Below, one piece after another: positions 61,183 through 64,000 of a stretch of DNA of 64,000 nt. Source of the DNA: Blepharisma stoltei ATCC 30299. Lineage: Eukaryota; Protista; Ciliophora. Below the pieces are notes generated by a model. The model was not told the origin of the DNA. It saw only the letters and a list, made by a program, of their open reading frames with translations, and did no database searches. The stretch's first letter is position 1, and every line of letters begins with the position of its first letter. The position numbers were made by a program, and so were the translations under genes. The stretch is taken from the NCBI GenBank assembly GCA_965603825.1, contig CBFDEM010000051.1, positions 682,001 through 746,000 of the forward strand, in the 5' to 3' direction.

Positions 61183-62538
61183 ATGATCCAATCTTCAGCT
61201 ACTTCTGGAAGGCAAAATCCAGGTGAAAATTTCCGCTTACTTAATGGCAATCCAGGCTATGGGAAAACAAAAGCTTCATACCTCAGACACCAAACAACAA
61301 GTCGTCCAGGAGATTTGATTTATATCCAATCTGAAGACATAAACATTACAAGTGTCCAATTCGAAAAGCTTAAAAGTGCAGAAATTATATGTGCAGCCTT
61401 AGCTATAGCCGGATTCGCTTGTGGAGCTATCTGTGATGACCTTACATTTAATTCCTCTATCTATAAAAGCAAAAAATCGCAGGTTACAATTTCTTATATT
61501 TTTTGTACAATAACTACAGCTCTGCTTTTAGGCGCTATTTGCTGGCGTACACATAGAGAACTTAAATGAGAGCAAGCCAAAGGAATTTTTTCTTATCAAG
61601 ATGACTTTATTTCGACAGGAAAATTCAAGTGGCTCATTATGGAGATCATAATAAATGCAGTTCATCCGGTATACGGGTTTGAGGATTACCAATTTTCTAC
61701 TTATAACAATGTTTATAATGTAGATTACTCTTATACATACACATCAATAGTGACTGTATGAATGCTAATAAGGATTTATCATTTAATTCGGGTTGCAAGT
61801 GTTATTAGTGTTTATAGGTCTGGAAGAGTACAAAGATTATGCCAAATGACGGGAAGTTATGCAGGTAGCTGGTTTGCAGTAAAATGCATGATGAAAGATA
61901 CCCCAGTTTATTTACTATCTGCTATGATTATCGGAGGAATTTTTACTCATGCATTTTGCTTAAGAATTTTTGAAAGACCTCTGGACGACTACACAGGGAA
62001 AATTTTCGGGGAATATGGAAACTCGATGTGGTGTGCGATAATCACAATGACAACAGTAGGGTATGGAGACTACTTCCCAGTCACCAGTGCTGGCCGCTTA
62101 TTCGATGTCCTTGCCTGTATATGAGGAGTTTTATGTGTATCTTTAATGGTAATTACATTGACAAATATGCTAATGCTTGACGCAGGTCAACAAACTTCAT
62201 TAACAATCCTTAATAGGCTGTGGTTTAAAGAAGAATTAAAACAGCTGGCAGCTTTTGTATTAACCTCAGCAGTAAGATATAGATATTATGTGAGGCATTA
62301 TCCAGACAAAAGAAGGAAAATCGCTATACAATTAGGTAGATTTCGGCATTATTTTAACGATTTTCAGAGCTTTAAAATAAAGCAAAGGACTTTATATGAC
62401 TTTGACTCTTTTGAGGACAGAATTGAAAGGAAAATGATTGATGTAATAGAAGATAGCGAAACAATTGAAGAAACCAAAAAAGAAATTGATGGGATTATTG
62501 AATATTTGGAGGCGAAAATTCCAGATTTAGCAAAATAA
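61183..62538 (+). CDS. SK/IK-type (small-conductance Ca2+-activated-like) potassium channel; three TGA=Trp
   Basis: S4-like MLIRIYHLIR, LRIFERP, pore WCAIITMTTVGYGD.FP, S6 ACI-W-GVLCVSLMV. Confidence 0.88.
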
Positions 62539-62626
62539 AATTATAGCTCCCAAGAAACTTTTACCGCTTATTATATGACTTTAATAATAATAATTTATAC
62601 GTTAATTAAATATTTAATGTTTTATT

Positions 62627-64000
62627 TTAAACTTGTAGATTCACATCTTGGAAATCTGCATTATCGCTTCTCTTGTTGTTAATTACATAAATTGCTGTTC
62701 TGTGAGTATCATTTGGAAAATCTTCATCTGATGCATTGCTTTTATTGTTATTATTATTTTTTTCTTCGACCACATACAAAAATAATTTTTTCATGTCCAT
62801 ATTTAGTATGCTCTCTTGCTCTGAATCAGCAGGCAATGCTGACATTGGGTCATCATTCGCAATGATTGAAAAATATTTTTCGCCTTGTTTAACTTTGACG
62901 TGATTTAGCTCAGATTTTTCAAAAATTTCGTCACTGAACCCATCCATTACTTTCCGACTAAATCTTCGTTTTAAGCATGGAATTAAATCAGTTAAGATTT
63001 GAAAACCAGCCCAAAATATTTTTTTAAGCCAGTAATAAAGGAAATATATATTTACAGCACAGATTAAAATAAAAAAAGCAGTTTTTGAAAATGAATCTAA
63101 TGACCCTGTCAAATAGTAAAGTCCACAATATATTGTAACAGCCGCTACTAAAATTGACCGAATTTCCATTTTATTCAAAACATCACCATCATAAGGCTGA
63201 ACTACACTTTGGTAGTAAAGACAAAGTAAAAGCAGTATCATGACAGTTAATGCTTGGATGCTGGTATTGACATTCGCTAAAAATACAGAGCAGCATACAA
63301 TAAGGATTTTTCTATATAAAATAATAAATTCCCAATAATAAGATTTTGCTTTATATCCGTTGAAAAGAAACCCAAACTGAAGTCTGACACTAATTGAGTC
63401 TAATTTTCTTTTATTTCTTCATAGAAAATATAGAGAAACAGTCGGAATACCGATTCCTCATATTATCATAGAAGGGACTGCAACTGCTAGGGAATAAAAT
63501 ACATGTCCCCTATCCCAGCATCGAATGTCTAAATCTTGCACAAGCCAGTACTCTCCTTCGTCAATTTGTCTACAGGAAAACACTGCAAACATAGACTTTA
63601 CTAAATTTGGATGGAAAAGAAACAGCAAAATTACGATTGTAGAAATTAAATCATTTTTAAATGAATTCAAAGTCTTTCTGTAAATTGCTACAGATCCTCA
63701 AAATAGTATTGAAATCAATCCTATAATTGCTGGAATTATGCTCATAATAATAAGTTTATTGAAATAAACTTGGTCATTACCTTGTCCTGTGTCTAAAAAG
63801 CAGTCAAAAGAAAAAACCTGTTCACTTACTGATCCTGTATCATTCTGTATGGAAAATAGTTGGGTCACACTAGACGGCCATTGCAAGTCAAAAGTAGTCA
63901 CAAGCATCACAATTTGTAAATAATTCACAAAAATCTTTATATATATTGATTGCACTGACTTCGGCTTATAAGCAGAATTCCTAGTCGTTTTTACCATTAT
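62627..64000 (-). CDS. 3' part of a large multi-pass membrane protein (5' end outside window; several TGA=Trp)
   Basis: KIFVNYLQ, FDLQWP, FSFDCFL, DLDIRCW, FGFLFNGYK..YYWEFIILYRK, QPY; ORF pieces are one frame. Confidence 0.8.

Overview
AT-rich, gene-dense eukaryotic DNA, most consistent with a heterotrich ciliate macronuclear chromosome (Blepharisma-like). Two properties visible in the sequence explain the fragmented ORF track. First, in-frame TGA encodes Trp: it sits at conserved Trp positions and opposite TGG in neighbouring paralogs, while genes end in TAA/TAG. Second, genes carry tiny 15-16 nt spliceosomal introns (GTA...A-n-n-TAG); I located 14. Re-annotation gives about 45 genes, including cathepsin L, B9D1, phytochelatin synthase, a START protein, WASHC4, Rab2, PAP2, HEATR3-like, Tom40, 3 ADGF-type deaminases, an IP kinase, 2 hydroxyacid dehydrogenases, snurportin, BolA, CFAP410, NEK2-like kinase, UTP18, RanGAP, a CTD phosphatase, a rhomboid, 2 M14-fold membrane proteins and an SK-type K+ channel. 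The most notable item is almost invisible in the ORF track: a tandem array at 11.1-16.6 kb of five small genes plus one pseudogene, each encoding a single Notch-type LNR module, one TM helix and a cytosolic RING-H2, i.e. candidate receptor-type E3 ligases. Also present are several apparent pseudoenzymes, non-LTR retrotransposon relics and extremely short intergenic gaps. All calls come from manual reading; no database searches were run.
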